DNA of 124,000 bases from Hyalangium minutum (lineage in GTDB: Bacteria > Myxococcota > Myxococcia > Myxococcales > Myxococcaceae): the NCBI RefSeq assembly GCF_000737315.1, contig NZ_JMCB01000004.1, forward strand, positions 144,001-268,000, in the 5' to 3' direction. The notes under the pieces are model-generated. The model did no database searches. It was not told the DNA's origin and worked only from the letters and a program-made list of their open reading frames with translations. Numbering within the stretch: the stretch's first letter is position 1; each line of letters opens with the position of its first letter. Positions 60,402 to 72,893 of the stretch are shown here, one piece after another. The position numbers and the translations under genes are program-made.

Positions 60402-60901
60402 TCAGGGGGCGGGCCCAGCGTCCGCCCCTGTGTCCTCGCGGATGATCCGTTCGAGCCATTGGTAGTTTGTGGCGAAGGCGGTGCTCGTGATGGTGGAGTA
60501 GACAGGGGCGCCACCGCCTCGAATGATCCCAATGAGGGTCGGACGCTCCTGACCTTGCTCCCACTTGAAGCAAGGTCCTCCACTGTCTCCCTGGTAGGCA
60601 TGAACGCCGGGCTTGAGCACCCTCAAGAGCTCTCCCTCCACCTGGGAGATCTGCGTGCGCCCGAAGTAACGGTCGCCTGAGCTTGGCTCGGCTGCCAGGG
60701 ATGTATCTCCAAATCCAACTTGCCTCCCAGGATGTAGGGCTGCTCTCTGCGAGGCGGGGCAGAGGACTCGCGCGTCTCCGGGGTGAAGCCCGCGTCAGTC
60801 ACGCAGCCTCCACAGAGAAACAACACCATCAAGCACGGCAGCATTCGGAGTTGAGGCATCAAGGCGGACCTTTCTGGAGAGCGGCCTCCTGGGCGCGTCA
60901 T
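60402..60901 (-). pseudogene. Trypsin-like protease gene with internal deletion and frameshift
   Basis: Signal peptide and YILGG N-part join out of frame to the GDSGGPC C-part; catalytic His and Asp regions absent. Confidence 0.65.
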
Positions 60902-61878
60902 GGGGGCTTGGGGCTGCGCACCGTGGAACGCAGCCAGTCACGGTAGGGTGGGATACGGGTGAAGGTGGGCTCCAGGCCCAAGCCCCTGGCCGAGATTCCC
61001 ACCAGAAGCAGACCGTGAGCTCTCTCCCGGAGGCATGGACCGCCGCTGTCTCCTTTGAAGAGTTCTCGCTGGGGTTGCTCGAAGAGGATCCGCTCACTCC
61101 CAGGGGCTGCCGGTCCCACCGCTTTGTAGCGGGTGAAGCGGCGAGCACCCCCGCTGATGTTTCCCTGCAGAGAGTCAGTGCTCGTCCCACCCACGAGGAC
61201 GAAGGGTTCCCCCGGTTGAAGTTCCTCTCGTGAGAGCTGAACCGGGGTGTATTCCCGTTCCACGGGTGTCTCTAAAAGGATGAGCGCCAGATCTGCGCGG
61301 CTGGACTCCACCCTGCCTTCTTTGTCGAGAAGGATCTGGAAGTCGGGGTGAGGCCGAACCTCAGTCCCAGGGTAGGTCTGGGTCCAGCTGCAGGAAGGGA
61401 GGAAGTCATTTCCTTGGGAGGCATCCCAGAGCGACACCGTGATCTTGGGGTGAGACGCGCAGGACGTGCCATCGATAACGACTTTGCCCTGCTGTCCCGG
61501 CGTAGTGACGGGTTTTCTGACGCAGACGCAGTGCCCAGCCGTGAGCACCCACTGCGGAGCGAGCAACACGCTGCTGCACCAGCCATAGATGCCTGCGAGC
61601 ATGGGCTCGGATGTCGTGACCTGAACGGCTGCGGAGTAGCGGTTCCTGAAGTCTTCTCTGCCGGCCAGATCGAGATAGTAGTGCTTACGTGGATAGGGCC
61701 GTTCTGGAGGCAGAGCAGGGTCGGCATCTACAGGCTCGGTAGGTGTGGCTTCAGCAGTCACTGTTCCCGCATCCACCTGTATGGGGCTTGGTTCATGCCG
61801 GCCCTTGCAGCTGATCGTAGTGGCGAGCAGGGCGAGGGTCAGGGGCACGAGGACGCGTGAAGGCCAATGGTGAGTCAT
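60898..61878 (-). CDS. Trypsin-like (S1) serine protease lipoprotein
   Basis: LTAGHC, ADLALI, GDSGGPC triad motifs. Confidence 0.85.
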   Translation of the reverse strand: MTHHWPSRVLVPLTLALLATTISCKGRHEPSPIQVDAGTVTAEATPTEPVDADPALPPERPYPRKHYYLDLAGREDFRNRYSAAVQVTTSEPMLAGIYGWCSSVLLAPQWVLTAGHCVCVRKPVTTPGQQGKVVIDGTSCASHPKITVSLWDASQGNDFLPSCSWTQTYPGTEVRPHPDFQILLDKEGRVESSRADLALILLETPVEREYTPVQLSREELQPGEPFVLVGGTSTDSLQGNISGGARRFTRYKAVGPAAPGSERILFEQPQRELFKGDSGGPCLRERAHGLLLVGISARGLGLEPTFTRIPPYRDWLRSTVRSPKPP

Positions 61879-61986
61879 CTTCTGGTCTGAAGGGAGCAAG
61901 CAGGCAGCGGCGGCCGATGGAAGGTCGACTAGGATGAGGGTAACAGGCTGTTCGGAGTACGGACATCTGGGTGAGGAGCGGCAGGC

Positions 61987-64356
61987 ATGGCGGATGCGCG
62001 CAGCAACGAGCAGGTAGCGCCCAAGGACCCTGTTGGATCTTCGGCCTCGCTCGCCAGGGCGCTGCCCAGCGCCCAGCCCCCGATCGAGCCGAAGCCGCCC
62101 GCCGTGGGCCCCGTGCAGGAAGTGGCCGGTGGTGTGCCCGCGGTGATGTCCTCGCTCCAGCACGCCTGGGGCGAGATGGGGGCCATCCGTGGCACCCAGT
62201 TGCTGCTCAAGCTCAACCAGCAAGACGGCTTCGACTGTCCCGGCTGTGCCTGGCCGGATCCCGATACCCACCGCTCCGTCGCGGAGTTCTGCGAGAACGG
62301 CGCGAAGGCCGTGGCCGAGGAAGGCACCCTGGCCCGGATCACCCCGGAGTTCTTCCGTCAGCACAGCGTCTCCGAGCTCGCCGCGCAGTCGGACCTGTGG
62401 CTCGGCAAGCAGGGCCGCCTGACGCACCCCATGGTGCTGCGCGAGGGCGGCACGCACTACGAGCCGATCTCGTGGGAGGCGGCGTTCGCGCTCGTGGCAG
62501 AGGAACTGAACGCGCTTGGCTCGCCGGACGAGGCTTGCTTCTACACCTCCGGCCGCACCAGCAACGAGGCTGCGTTCCTCTACCAGCTCTTCGTGCGGCA
62601 GTTCGGCACCAACAACCTGCCGGACTGCGCCGATCTGTGCCACGAGTCGAGCGGCACGGCCCTCAATGAAGCGATCGGCATCGGCAAGGGCACGGTGACG
62701 CTGGAGGACTTCGAGAAGGCCGAGGCCATCTTCGTCATTGGCCAGAACCCTGGCACCAACCATCCGCGCATGCTCACCTCGCTGCAGGCAGCAGCCCGGC
62801 GAGGGTGCCAGATCGTCAGCATCAACCCGCTGCCCGAGACGGGCCTCAACCGCTTCAAGCATCCCCAGGAGCTGATCCAGCTCATCGGGCCGGGCACGGC
62901 CATCAACCGCCTATGGCTGCCCGTGCGCATCAACGGCGACGTGGCGCTGCTGAAGGGCCTGGGCAAGGCGCTCCTGGAGGAGGATGCGAAGCGGCCCGGC
63001 CAGGTGGTGGCCAAGGACTTCATCCGGCAGCGGACCACGGGCTTCGAGGCCTACGTGGAGGCCCTGCGCGCCATCTCCTGGGATGAGGTGGTGGAGCAGA
63101 GCGGAGTGCCCGCCGATCAGATCCGCGCGGCGGCGCAGATCCTGGCGAACTCGGACCGGACGATCTTCTGCTGGGCCATGGGGCTCACGCAGCACCAGAA
63201 TGCCGTGGCGAACATCCAGGAGATCGCCAACCTGGCGCTGATGCGAGGCAGCATCGGCAAGCCGGGCGCAGGGCTGTGCCCGGTGCGAGGCCACAGCAAC
63301 GTCCAGGGCGATCGGACCATGGGCATCGTGGAGAAGCCAGCCCCCGCGTTCTTGGACGCGCTCCAGCGCGAGTTCTCCTTCGAGCCTCCGCGCAACCCGG
63401 GCCTGGATACCGTGGCCACCATCCGTGCCATGCACGCCGGGCAGGTGAAGGTGCTCTTCGCGCTCGGGGGGAACTTCCTATCGGCCACGCCGGACACCGA
63501 GTTCACCGCCGAGGCTCTGCGCCGCACGCGCCTCACCGCGCACGTGTCCACCAAGCTGAACCGGGCGCACCTCGTTCACGGCCGACGGGCGCTCATCCTC
63601 CCGTGCCTCGGGCGCACCGAGCGGGATGTCCGCACGGGCGGCGAGCAGTTCGTCACGGTGGAGAACTCGATGGGCGTGGTGCACACCTCGCGGGGCGCGG
63701 TGGAGCCCGCCTCCGAGCACCTGCGCAGCGAGCCGGACATTGTCGCTGGGCTGGCGCGGGCGGTGCTCGGCCAGCGCAGCCGGGTGGAGTGGCAGGCGCT
63801 GGTGGAGGACTACGATCGCATCCGTGAGCGTATCGCGCGTGTCGTGCCGGGCTTCCAGGACTTCAACCGGCGCGTGCGCGAACCGGGCGGCTTCTACCTG
63901 CCCAACGGGCCGCGCGAGGGCCGCTTCACCACGCCCGATGGCAAGGCGCGCTTCACGGTTCACCCGCTGCCGCGCATCGAGCTGGCCCCGGGCCAGTTGC
64001 TGATGATGACGATCCGCAGCCACGACCAGTACAACACCACGCTGTACGGACTGGATGATCGGTATCGCGGCATCCTCAATGGGCGGCGGGTGGTGCTGCT
64101 GAACCCGGAGGACATGCGCGCGCTGGGAGTCTCCGAGGGGCAGGTGGTGGATCTCACGAGCCACTTCCGGGGCGAGCAGCGCGTAGCGCGCCGCTTCGTG
64201 GTGGTGCCTTACCGGATCCCCCGGCGGTGCGCGGCCACGTACTTCCCCGAGACCAACGTGTTGGTGCCCATCGACAACTACGCGGAGAAGAGCCGCACGC
64301 CGGCCTCGAAGTCGGTGGTCATCAGCGTGACGCCTTCAGACGCGACGAGGGGCTGA
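61987..64356 (+). CDS. FdhF/YdeP family molybdopterin oxidoreductase
   Basis: GFDCPGCAWPD, EFCENGAKA, SGRTSNEAA, RGHSNVQGDR, RSHDQYNT. Confidence 0.9.
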   Translation: MADARSNEQVAPKDPVGSSASLARALPSAQPPIEPKPPAVGPVQEVAGGVPAVMSSLQHAWGEMGAIRGTQLLLKLNQQDGFDCPGCAWPDPDTHRSVAEFCENGAKAVAEEGTLARITPEFFRQHSVSELAAQSDLWLGKQGRLTHPMVLREGGTHYEPISWEAAFALVAEELNALGSPDEACFYTSGRTSNEAAFLYQLFVRQFGTNNLPDCADLCHESSGTALNEAIGIGKGTVTLEDFEKAEAIFVIGQNPGTNHPRMLTSLQAAARRGCQIVSINPLPETGLNRFKHPQELIQLIGPGTAINRLWLPVRINGDVALLKGLGKALLEEDAKRPGQVVAKDFIRQRTTGFEAYVEALRAISWDEVVEQSGVPADQIRAAAQILANSDRTIFCWAMGLTQHQNAVANIQEIANLALMRGSIGKPGAGLCPVRGHSNVQGDRTMGIVEKPAPAFLDALQREFSFEPPRNPGLDTVATIRAMHAGQVKVLFALGGNFLSATPDTEFTAEALRRTRLTAHVSTKLNRAHLVHGRRALILPCLGRTERDVRTGGEQFVTVENSMGVVHTSRGAVEPASEHLRSEPDIVAGLARAVLGQRSRVEWQALVEDYDRIRERIARVVPGFQDFNRRVREPGGFYLPNGPREGRFTTPDGKARFTVHPLPRIELAPGQLLMMTIRSHDQYNTTLYGLDDRYRGILNGRRVVLLNPEDMRALGVSEGQVVDLTSHFRGEQRVARRFVVVPYRIPRRCAATYFPETNVLVPIDNYAEKSRTPASKSVVISVTPSDATRG

Positions 64357-64458
64357 CAGGGGAGGGCGCCGCTCATGCTGAACGGCACCCCGTGGGTGCC
64401 AGCGCGGCGCCTCGAATCCATCTGAGGCGCCGCGGGTGCTGCGCTCACGGCCGCTACC

Positions 64459-65634
64459 TCACGAGTGCAGCGGAGTGTCCCCGGGCTTCTGCACCGGCGC
64501 CTGCTCCTGGTCCTGCGCCCCCCGCTCTGGGGCCGGCCCTCGGCGGCCCGGCACCTGCGCTTGGCCCTCGCGGTTCTGGGCCAGCGGGAGCTGCTCGCCG
64601 TGCACCTCCGGCTGGGCACTGGTGCTCACTTGCCCCTCGCGCTGCACTCGCAGCGAGTTGTGGACGTCCTTCACCCCGAGCACGGACTCGGCGAGCGCCT
64701 CGATGGCCCGCTTCTCGTCCCGGCTCTTCACCGTCCCCAGGAGGATGATCTCACCGTCTTTGACCTGGACGTCGACGTTCTCGGCGTCCATCCAGCTCAT
64801 CATGAGCCGGTCGCACAGCTCCTCGCGGATGCGGGAGTCCGAGCGCTGGTAGCCCTTCGGCCCCCGGCCCATGGGACGTGTTGCGCTCTCGCGGTAGGTG
64901 CCGCCCAGCATGCCCCCGTGCCCCAGCTCGCGATCCCCATTCTCCCGGCGGGTCATGCTGGTACCGTAGCCCGTGCGGAGGGGTTCCATGTTCTCCACGC
65001 CGGGTCCATGTCCGTAGCGCGGCTCATAGTCCCGGTGGTGGCGCTGCTCGCTGTATCGATGGCGAAGCTCGGACAGGTCGTCCAGGTCATGCAGCCCCGC
65101 GAGGTTGTAGTGGGGACGCTCCTCCCGCTCGGGCGCTTCACCCCTCCACCGCTCAGTGTCGTAAGGCCGGCTGGAGGGGCCCATCCGCTCCCCGTACCGC
65201 TGCGGGCGCCCCCGCTCCTCGCGCAACTCGTCGTGGAAGGAGCCGCTCGGACTGGCCCGCCAATCCTCCCGGTCGACGTCGCCGGGGGCTCGGCCCCACA
65301 TCTCGCGATCCCGATCGTCATACCGGCGCACGTCCCGCTCACGCCCCGGGTCCCGGAACCGCCGCTCGCCCTGCTCTCGGGGCAGCTCCCGCGAGCCAAA
65401 GTCCTCCCGCCCCCGGCCGAATCTCTTCTCGTCGGCACTCCGGGTCAGCTCATCCCGGGTAGAGCGAGCGCGCTCGGTGCCGCGCATGTCCGCGCGCTCC
65501 CAATCACGGCCCAGCCGCTCGCCCTCTCCGTAGCCCCGCTCGTCCGAACCGCGGTGGCGATCGGTTCGTCGATCCGCCTCCGCATCGCGCACGTCGCCTC
65601 GGAATCGCTTCTCATCATCACGCCTGCCTGCCAT
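64459..65634 (-). CDS. BON domain protein with long Arg/Glu/Asp-rich N-terminus
   Basis: GPKGYQRSDSRIREE...V.V.V.DG...L.G.V. Confidence 0.8.
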   Translation of the reverse strand: MAGRRDDEKRFRGDVRDAEADRRTDRHRGSDERGYGEGERLGRDWERADMRGTERARSTRDELTRSADEKRFGRGREDFGSRELPREQGERRFRDPGRERDVRRYDDRDREMWGRAPGDVDREDWRASPSGSFHDELREERGRPQRYGERMGPSSRPYDTERWRGEAPEREERPHYNLAGLHDLDDLSELRHRYSEQRHHRDYEPRYGHGPGVENMEPLRTGYGTSMTRRENGDRELGHGGMLGGTYRESATRPMGRGPKGYQRSDSRIREELCDRLMMSWMDAENVDVQVKDGEIILLGTVKSRDEKRAIEALAESVLGVKDVHNSLRVQREGQVSTSAQPEVHGEQLPLAQNREGQAQVPGRRGPAPERGAQDQEQAPVQKPGDTPLHS

Positions 65635-65782
65635 CGCGGCCTCCCCCTGGGGCACTCAGCCAGCCCCATGCTCGTACGCACGCCTGGCCGCTCCTGGCCA
65701 GGGTCTCTCCTGGAGGTTCGTGTCCGTCCGGGCGCGCGGCAATGAGCCCCTTGCGTGCTCGATGGGCAGGCAGGAGAGACGC

Positions 65783-67168
65783 CTACGACGCGAGCTCCAC
65801 CCGCTCCAGGTACCGGGGCACTGCGGCCTTCCAGCCCTGGGACTCCACGCGGTTCTTCAGCGCCTGGAGCGCCGAGGGCTCACCGTGCACCAGCAGCGTC
65901 TGCCGGGGCGGTGACTCGAAGCCCTCCATCCAGCGCAGCGTCTCGGTCCAGTCCGCGTGCGCGGAGAACCCGCTCACCACGCGGATGTCCGCCTCCACCG
66001 GGATCATCTCCCCGTGGATCTTGATCTGCTTCTCCCCATCCAGCAGGCGCCGCCCGCGCGTGCCCTCGGACTGGTAGCCCACGAAGAGCACGGTGTTTCG
66101 CGCGTCCGGCAGCCGGTGCTTCATGTGGTGCAGCACCCGGCCGCCCGTGGCCATCCCCGACGCGGAGATGATGATCCCCGGCCCCTCGTGCATGTTGAGC
66201 CGCTTGCTGTCGTTCGGCGAGGTGACGAACCGCGTGCGCCGCGTGGCCAGTGGCGTCTTCCCGCGCTCCACCAGCGAGCTCATGCCCAGGTCATGCTCCT
66301 CCGGGTGCGCCAGGTAGATCGGGGTGGCGTCGCACGCCATGGGCGAGTCCACGAACACATCCATCTCCGGAATCCGGCTCGCCTCCTCCAGGTTGCGCAG
66401 GTGGTAGAGCAGCTCCTGCGTCCTCCCCACCGCGAAGGCGGGGATGATCACCATGCCCCGGCGGTCGTAGGCCCGCTTCACCGCGTTGCACAGCGCCTCC
66501 TCGGGGCGCGTCTCGCCGTGCTCCCGGTCACCGTAGGTGCTCTCCACCACCAGCGTGGTGGCCCCGCTCACGCTCTCCGGATCCCTCAGGATGGGCGCGT
66601 TGTAGCGGCCGAGATCTCCACTGAACACCACGCGTTGGCCCGTGCTCTTCAAGTCGAAGGCGCACACCGCCGAGCCCAGGATGTGGCCCGCCCTATAAAA
66701 GGTGAGGGTGATGCCCGGGAGGATCTGCTTGGGCCGCTCGTAACCGAACGTCTCCATCAGCCTCACCGCTCGCTCGGCATCCTGTACCCCGTAGAGCGGC
66801 AGTGCCGGCTGGTGCCGGGAGTAGTGCTCCTTGTTGGCGTAGCGCGCCTCTTCCTCTTGGAGGTGCGCCGAGTCCGGCAGCAGCAGCGCCGACAAGTCCC
66901 GCGTCCCCGAGGTGCAGTACACCGAGCCGTTGTAGCCCTCGCGCACCACCCGCGGCAGCCCGCCCGTGTGGTCGATATGCGCGTGCGTCAGGACGATCGC
67001 ATCCAGGCTCGAGGCCGGGACGGGGAGGGGCTCCCAGTTGCGCTGCCGCAGCTCCTTCTTGCCCTGGAATAGCCCGCAGTCGACGAGCACGCGCTGCCCC
67101 TCGTGCTCCAGCAGGAACTTCGAGCCGGTGACGGTACCCGCGGCACCGAGGAAATGGATGGAGGCCAT
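65783..67168 (-). CDS. MBL-fold beta-CASP RNA-processing hydrolase
   Basis: GAAGTVTGS, THAHIDH, AGHILG, ESTYG, SGMATGGR, FSAHAD. Confidence 0.9.
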   Translation of the reverse strand: MASIHFLGAAGTVTGSKFLLEHEGQRVLVDCGLFQGKKELRQRNWEPLPVPASSLDAIVLTHAHIDHTGGLPRVVREGYNGSVYCTSGTRDLSALLLPDSAHLQEEEARYANKEHYSRHQPALPLYGVQDAERAVRLMETFGYERPKQILPGITLTFYRAGHILGSAVCAFDLKSTGQRVVFSGDLGRYNAPILRDPESVSGATTLVVESTYGDREHGETRPEEALCNAVKRAYDRRGMVIIPAFAVGRTQELLYHLRNLEEASRIPEMDVFVDSPMACDATPIYLAHPEEHDLGMSSLVERGKTPLATRRTRFVTSPNDSKRLNMHEGPGIIISASGMATGGRVLHHMKHRLPDARNTVLFVGYQSEGTRGRRLLDGEKQIKIHGEMIPVEADIRVVSGFSAHADWTETLRWMEGFESPPRQTLLVHGEPSALQALKNRVESQGWKAAVPRYLERVELAS

Positions 67169-67177
67169 CCCTCCAGT

Positions 67178-67408
67178 CTAGTCGCGCACGTCCTGCAGGT
67201 CGGGAAGATTGTCCGGGTCGATCTTCAGCATCACACACAGCCGCGTCAGCGTGGAGACGCTCGGCAGCAGCCGCCCGCGCTCGATGCTCCCGTAGCTCAT
67301 GGGGGGCAGGTCGACCCGGCGGGCGACCTCTTCCTGCGACAGGCCTGCCTTCTCCCGGGCCTCGCGGATGGCGGCTCCGAGGGCGATGGCCCGTTCTCTC
67401 TGACTCAT
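67178..67408 (-). CDS. XRE-family HTH protein
   Basis: LSQEEVARRVDL....YGSIERG..LPS. Confidence 0.8.
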   Translation of the reverse strand: MSQRERAIALGAAIREAREKAGLSQEEVARRVDLPPMSYGSIERGRLLPSVSTLTRLCVMLKIDPDNLPDLQDVRD

Positions 67409-67537
67409 GGGGGAACTCCCTGGGGGCCTTCCAGCCTAGTCCATACGACGCAATGAGTCTTTCGACGGCCCTCTTTCATTCGGGGGCTACTCTCGACGTA
67501 GAGTCGCTGTAAATTTACCCTTTGGGTTGTCCGCTAT

Positions 67538-68773
67538 ATGAAACGAGGAGCCCCTTCCATGCCGAGCACTTCCTCGGTCCATTCCCCCCTGGCCGGTCCC
67601 GTGCTGCTGCAGTCCGGTCGCACCACCTATGAGCTCGTCCGGCCCCTGGAGCACACCTGGCACGGAGAGCTGCTGCTGGCACGGCGGCACTTCGACTCGA
67701 ACATGGGGGACTACGTCGTCCTCAAGCGGCTGAGCCGCGACTGCCGCGAGGAGGACTACCGCCGGCTCATGGAGGAGGTGGCCATCAACGCCCGGTTGCG
67801 GCACCCCAGCATCGCGACCATGCACGACCTGGAGGGTACCGAGGGCGATCCTTACCTCGTGCTGGAGTATGTGGAGGGGCACCGCCTGGACGCCCTGCTC
67901 GCGCTGTCCACCCAGGTGGGCAAGCCGCTCTCCGAGGCGTTCGCCTGTTACGTGGGGGCCGAGGTCGCCGACGCGCTTCACCACGCTCACCTGCTCACCA
68001 ACGAGCAGGGGCGGTGGATGCGCCTGGTCCACCGCAACGTGTCGCTGGACACCATCATCCTGGGCAACCAGGGGCAGGTGAAGCTCACCGACTTCGGAGC
68101 CGTCTGGTCCTCGGATCCCTCGCGCTACCCCACGGAGGACGATGCGCTGCCCAACAACCTCGCGTATGCCTCGCCCGAGGTGACGCGCAAGGCGCAGCTG
68201 GACGGGCGCGCCGATCAATTCTCCTTGGCCGCCGTGCTCCTGCACCTGCTCACGGGCCGGCCGCTCATCGAGGGCACGGATCGGCTCACCCAGGAACTGC
68301 GCGAGCTGCGGCGCCGCGTGGACGAGGCCACCTCGCTGGGCAAGAGCGACAAGGCCGCCGTCGCGCTCGTGGTGGATCTCAAGGGGCAGATCCGCAAGCT
68401 CACCTGGTCCTTCATCGAGCAGGTCCGAGCGATGAGCACGCGGGATATCGCCGAGGCGACACGCACGCTGTCCGCGGGTCTGAGGCCCATCCTCCGGCGG
68501 GCCCTGGCGCCCAACCGGACGGATCGCTTCCCCTCGTGCGAGGAGTTCGGCCGGGAGCTGCGCCTGCACCTGTGGCGCATCGGCCAGCTCTATGGACGCA
68601 AGGAGGCGGAGCACGAGGTGGCGGCCCTGAGCAAGCGGGCCAAGGCGCGGTCTTCCTCCCGGGCGGTGACGGCTCCCAAGGCCACTGCGGCCCACCGGGC
68701 AGCCGCCCCCTCCAGCGGACGGCGGGGGGCCTCCACCGAGGGGCGTCGCAAGCGGGAGTCCCGGCCTCGGTAG
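67538..68773 (+). CDS. Ser/Thr kinase-like protein, probable pseudokinase
   Basis: VLKR, DFG, YASPE, DGRADQF present; catalytic loop HRNVSLDT; no Gly-rich loop. Confidence 0.75.
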   Translation: MKRGAPSMPSTSSVHSPLAGPVLLQSGRTTYELVRPLEHTWHGELLLARRHFDSNMGDYVVLKRLSRDCREEDYRRLMEEVAINARLRHPSIATMHDLEGTEGDPYLVLEYVEGHRLDALLALSTQVGKPLSEAFACYVGAEVADALHHAHLLTNEQGRWMRLVHRNVSLDTIILGNQGQVKLTDFGAVWSSDPSRYPTEDDALPNNLAYASPEVTRKAQLDGRADQFSLAAVLLHLLTGRPLIEGTDRLTQELRELRRRVDEATSLGKSDKAAVALVVDLKGQIRKLTWSFIEQVRAMSTRDIAEATRTLSAGLRPILRRALAPNRTDRFPSCEEFGRELRLHLWRIGQLYGRKEAEHEVAALSKRAKARSSSRAVTAPKATAAHRAAAPSSGRRGASTEGRRKRESRPR

Positions 68774-68897
68774 AGAGGAGGAACCTGAGGCCAGGCTGGA
68801 CCTCCTGGAGTGCCATGGCCAGCTTTGATGGCCGGTAGCGCCGGACGGCTGGCTGTGCTAGGCCGCCCCTCTCCCTCCCGAGGAGACAGGAGAACGT

Positions 68898-69305
68898 ATG
68901 GGTCGCCGTCAGATCCGCGTCGTAGGCGCGATGCTCCAGAACGACGAAGGGTGCTACCTGATCACCCAGCGCCCTCCCAAGGCGTCGCTGCCCCTGCTGT
69001 GGGAGTTTCCCGGCGGCAGGGTGGAAGAGGGGGAGACCGATGCCCAGGCGCTCGCGCGGGAGATCCGCGAGGAGATGGGTGTCGACGTCACCGTGCTCGA
69101 TCAGGCGATGCACACGCATCACGAGTACCCGAAATATGACATCGACTTCCGCGTCTTCCGCTGCCGCCTGGCCCACGCGAAGGCCGAGATCCAGCACCTG
69201 CGCGTGCACGATCACCGCTGGGTGACGCTGGAGCAGATGTCGCAGTACCAGTTCCCCGACGCAGACGCGAAGACGCTGGCGAAGCTGCTCGATCTGGAAT
69301 CGTGA
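68898..69305 (+). CDS. NUDIX hydrolase (MutT-like)
   Basis: WEFPGGRVEEGET....LAREIREE. Confidence 0.9.
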   Translation: MGRRQIRVVGAMLQNDEGCYLITQRPPKASLPLLWEFPGGRVEEGETDAQALAREIREEMGVDVTVLDQAMHTHHEYPKYDIDFRVFRCRLAHAKAEIQHLRVHDHRWVTLEQMSQYQFPDADAKTLAKLLDLES

Positions 69306-69306
69306 C

Positions 69307-70251
69307 GTGGGACGCCTCGCCGCGGTGCTGATCGCGGGCGTGGCCTGCATCTGTGCTTGCTCGCGCTCCAAGCCGGTGTCGGCCCAGCAGGACGGCGCGC
69401 GGGACGCGGGCCTCCGCCTCTATTCCCCCGCCACGGGAGTCCCCGGCTGCACCCTCTATGGAGCGCCTCGGCAGACGGGCACCGTGCCCGCCGAGCTGGG
69501 GGAGCTGTCCGGCCTGGCCGCCAGCACGCGGCACGAGGGGATCTTCTGGGCCCACAATGACTCGGACGACGCCTTCCGCGTGTATGCCTTGGAGGACAGC
69601 GGAAAGATTCGCGCCACGATGACCCTGACGGGGGCCAAGCCCACGGACCTCGAGGACATCGCCGTGGGGCCGTGCGAGCCCCGGGCCGAGGCCCCCCCGT
69701 GCCTCTACCTGGCGGACACAGGAGACAACTTCCAGCGCCGCAAGGAGGTGCGCCTCTTCCGGCTGCCAGAGCCAGAGCAGCTCGCGGACGCCACCCTCCC
69801 GGTCGAGACGCTGGCGTTCACCTACCCAGACGGTCCCCACAACGTGGAGGCCCTCGTGATCGACGCCAGATCGGGCCACCTCGCTGTCATCACCAAGACA
69901 CCGGAGTCGCTGGGGGACGTCTACTCGCTGGAGGGGCTTGGCCCCAGCGCCACGGGCAAGGCGGTGAAGCTGGGCACGCTGCGCGCACCGCAAGATGTTG
70001 ACCGGTTGACGACAGGCGCGGACCTGCACCCTTCAGGCGAGCGGTTGCTGTTGAGGACGTATACCCGGGCCTGGGAGGTGCGAGGCCCCAAGGCCCAACG
70101 CCTCCAGGAGCTGATTGCGGGAGAGGTGGCCGAGGTACCTGCCGCAAGCCAGGCGCAGGCCGAGGCCATCACTTTCACTCCGGGGGGGCGCGGCTACCTG
70201 CTCGGGTCGGAGTTCGCGGGTCAACCGTTGTATCGGACGGACTGCCAATGA
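69307..70251 (+). CDS. Hypothetical lipoprotein, beta-propeller-like
   Basis: ELSGLAAS, WAHNDS, DLEDIA, DTGDN, EAI motifs. Confidence 0.6.
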   Translation: MGRLAAVLIAGVACICACSRSKPVSAQQDGARDAGLRLYSPATGVPGCTLYGAPRQTGTVPAELGELSGLAASTRHEGIFWAHNDSDDAFRVYALEDSGKIRATMTLTGAKPTDLEDIAVGPCEPRAEAPPCLYLADTGDNFQRRKEVRLFRLPEPEQLADATLPVETLAFTYPDGPHNVEALVIDARSGHLAVITKTPESLGDVYSLEGLGPSATGKAVKLGTLRAPQDVDRLTTGADLHPSGERLLLRTYTRAWEVRGPKAQRLQELIAGEVAEVPAASQAQAEAITFTPGGRGYLLGSEFAGQPLYRTDCQ

Positions 70252-70387
70252 CCTGTCGTTGGCATGATGACAACGCGAGAGGCACGTCGGGTTGACGGGT
70301 TGGCGGGGGTGACCATCTTTGCCCGGCAGGTGTGACGCCTCGCCACATGTGAGCGAGGCCTGTGGGGAGGGGCGGAGCGTGCCGACG

Positions 70388-72439
<2,052 letters not shown>

Positions 72440-72527
72440 GCGTCAGGGCAGCAGGCAGCCGTGCACCGTTCGGCTGCCTGCAGCGTCCAAAATCAGAATT
72501 AAGTTGAAGCGAAAGGAGGCGGCGGCC

Positions 72528-72770
72528 GTGGAGAACAGGATCGGGAAGAGCTACATGGCTCGGAAGGCCCTCTTCGCGAAGGGTCTGCGCGAGGGGCGGC
72601 TGACAGTGCAGGAGATTGAGACGGCCCTGCCTGCGGGGACGCTCACGGCTGCGGAGCGGTGGCTGCTGTACTACTCGCTGCGCGCCGCCCAGGTCGAGAT
72701 CATCGACGAGGTGACCGGCCAGGTGGACCACGGCTTTTCGCTCGAAGAGCCCGCGCCCCAAGAGCATTAG
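72528..72770 (+). CDS. Stand-alone sigma70 region 1.1-like small protein
   Basis: L...G...G.LT..EI...LP......................I.IID pattern; strong RBS AAAGGAGG before GTG. Confidence 0.6.
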   Translation: MENRIGKSYMARKALFAKGLREGRLTVQEIETALPAGTLTAAERWLLYYSLRAAQVEIIDEVTGQVDHGFSLEEPAPQEH

Positions 72771-72893
72771 TCGCACATCCCGCGTTGACAGATCCGAGGA
72801 GGCGGTTACGTTCGGGTTGTTCAGGGATGTAGGTAATGAGCGACACCCACCACGGCGCGCAAGCTCGCGTCAATTGGACGACGCAGGTTTGAC

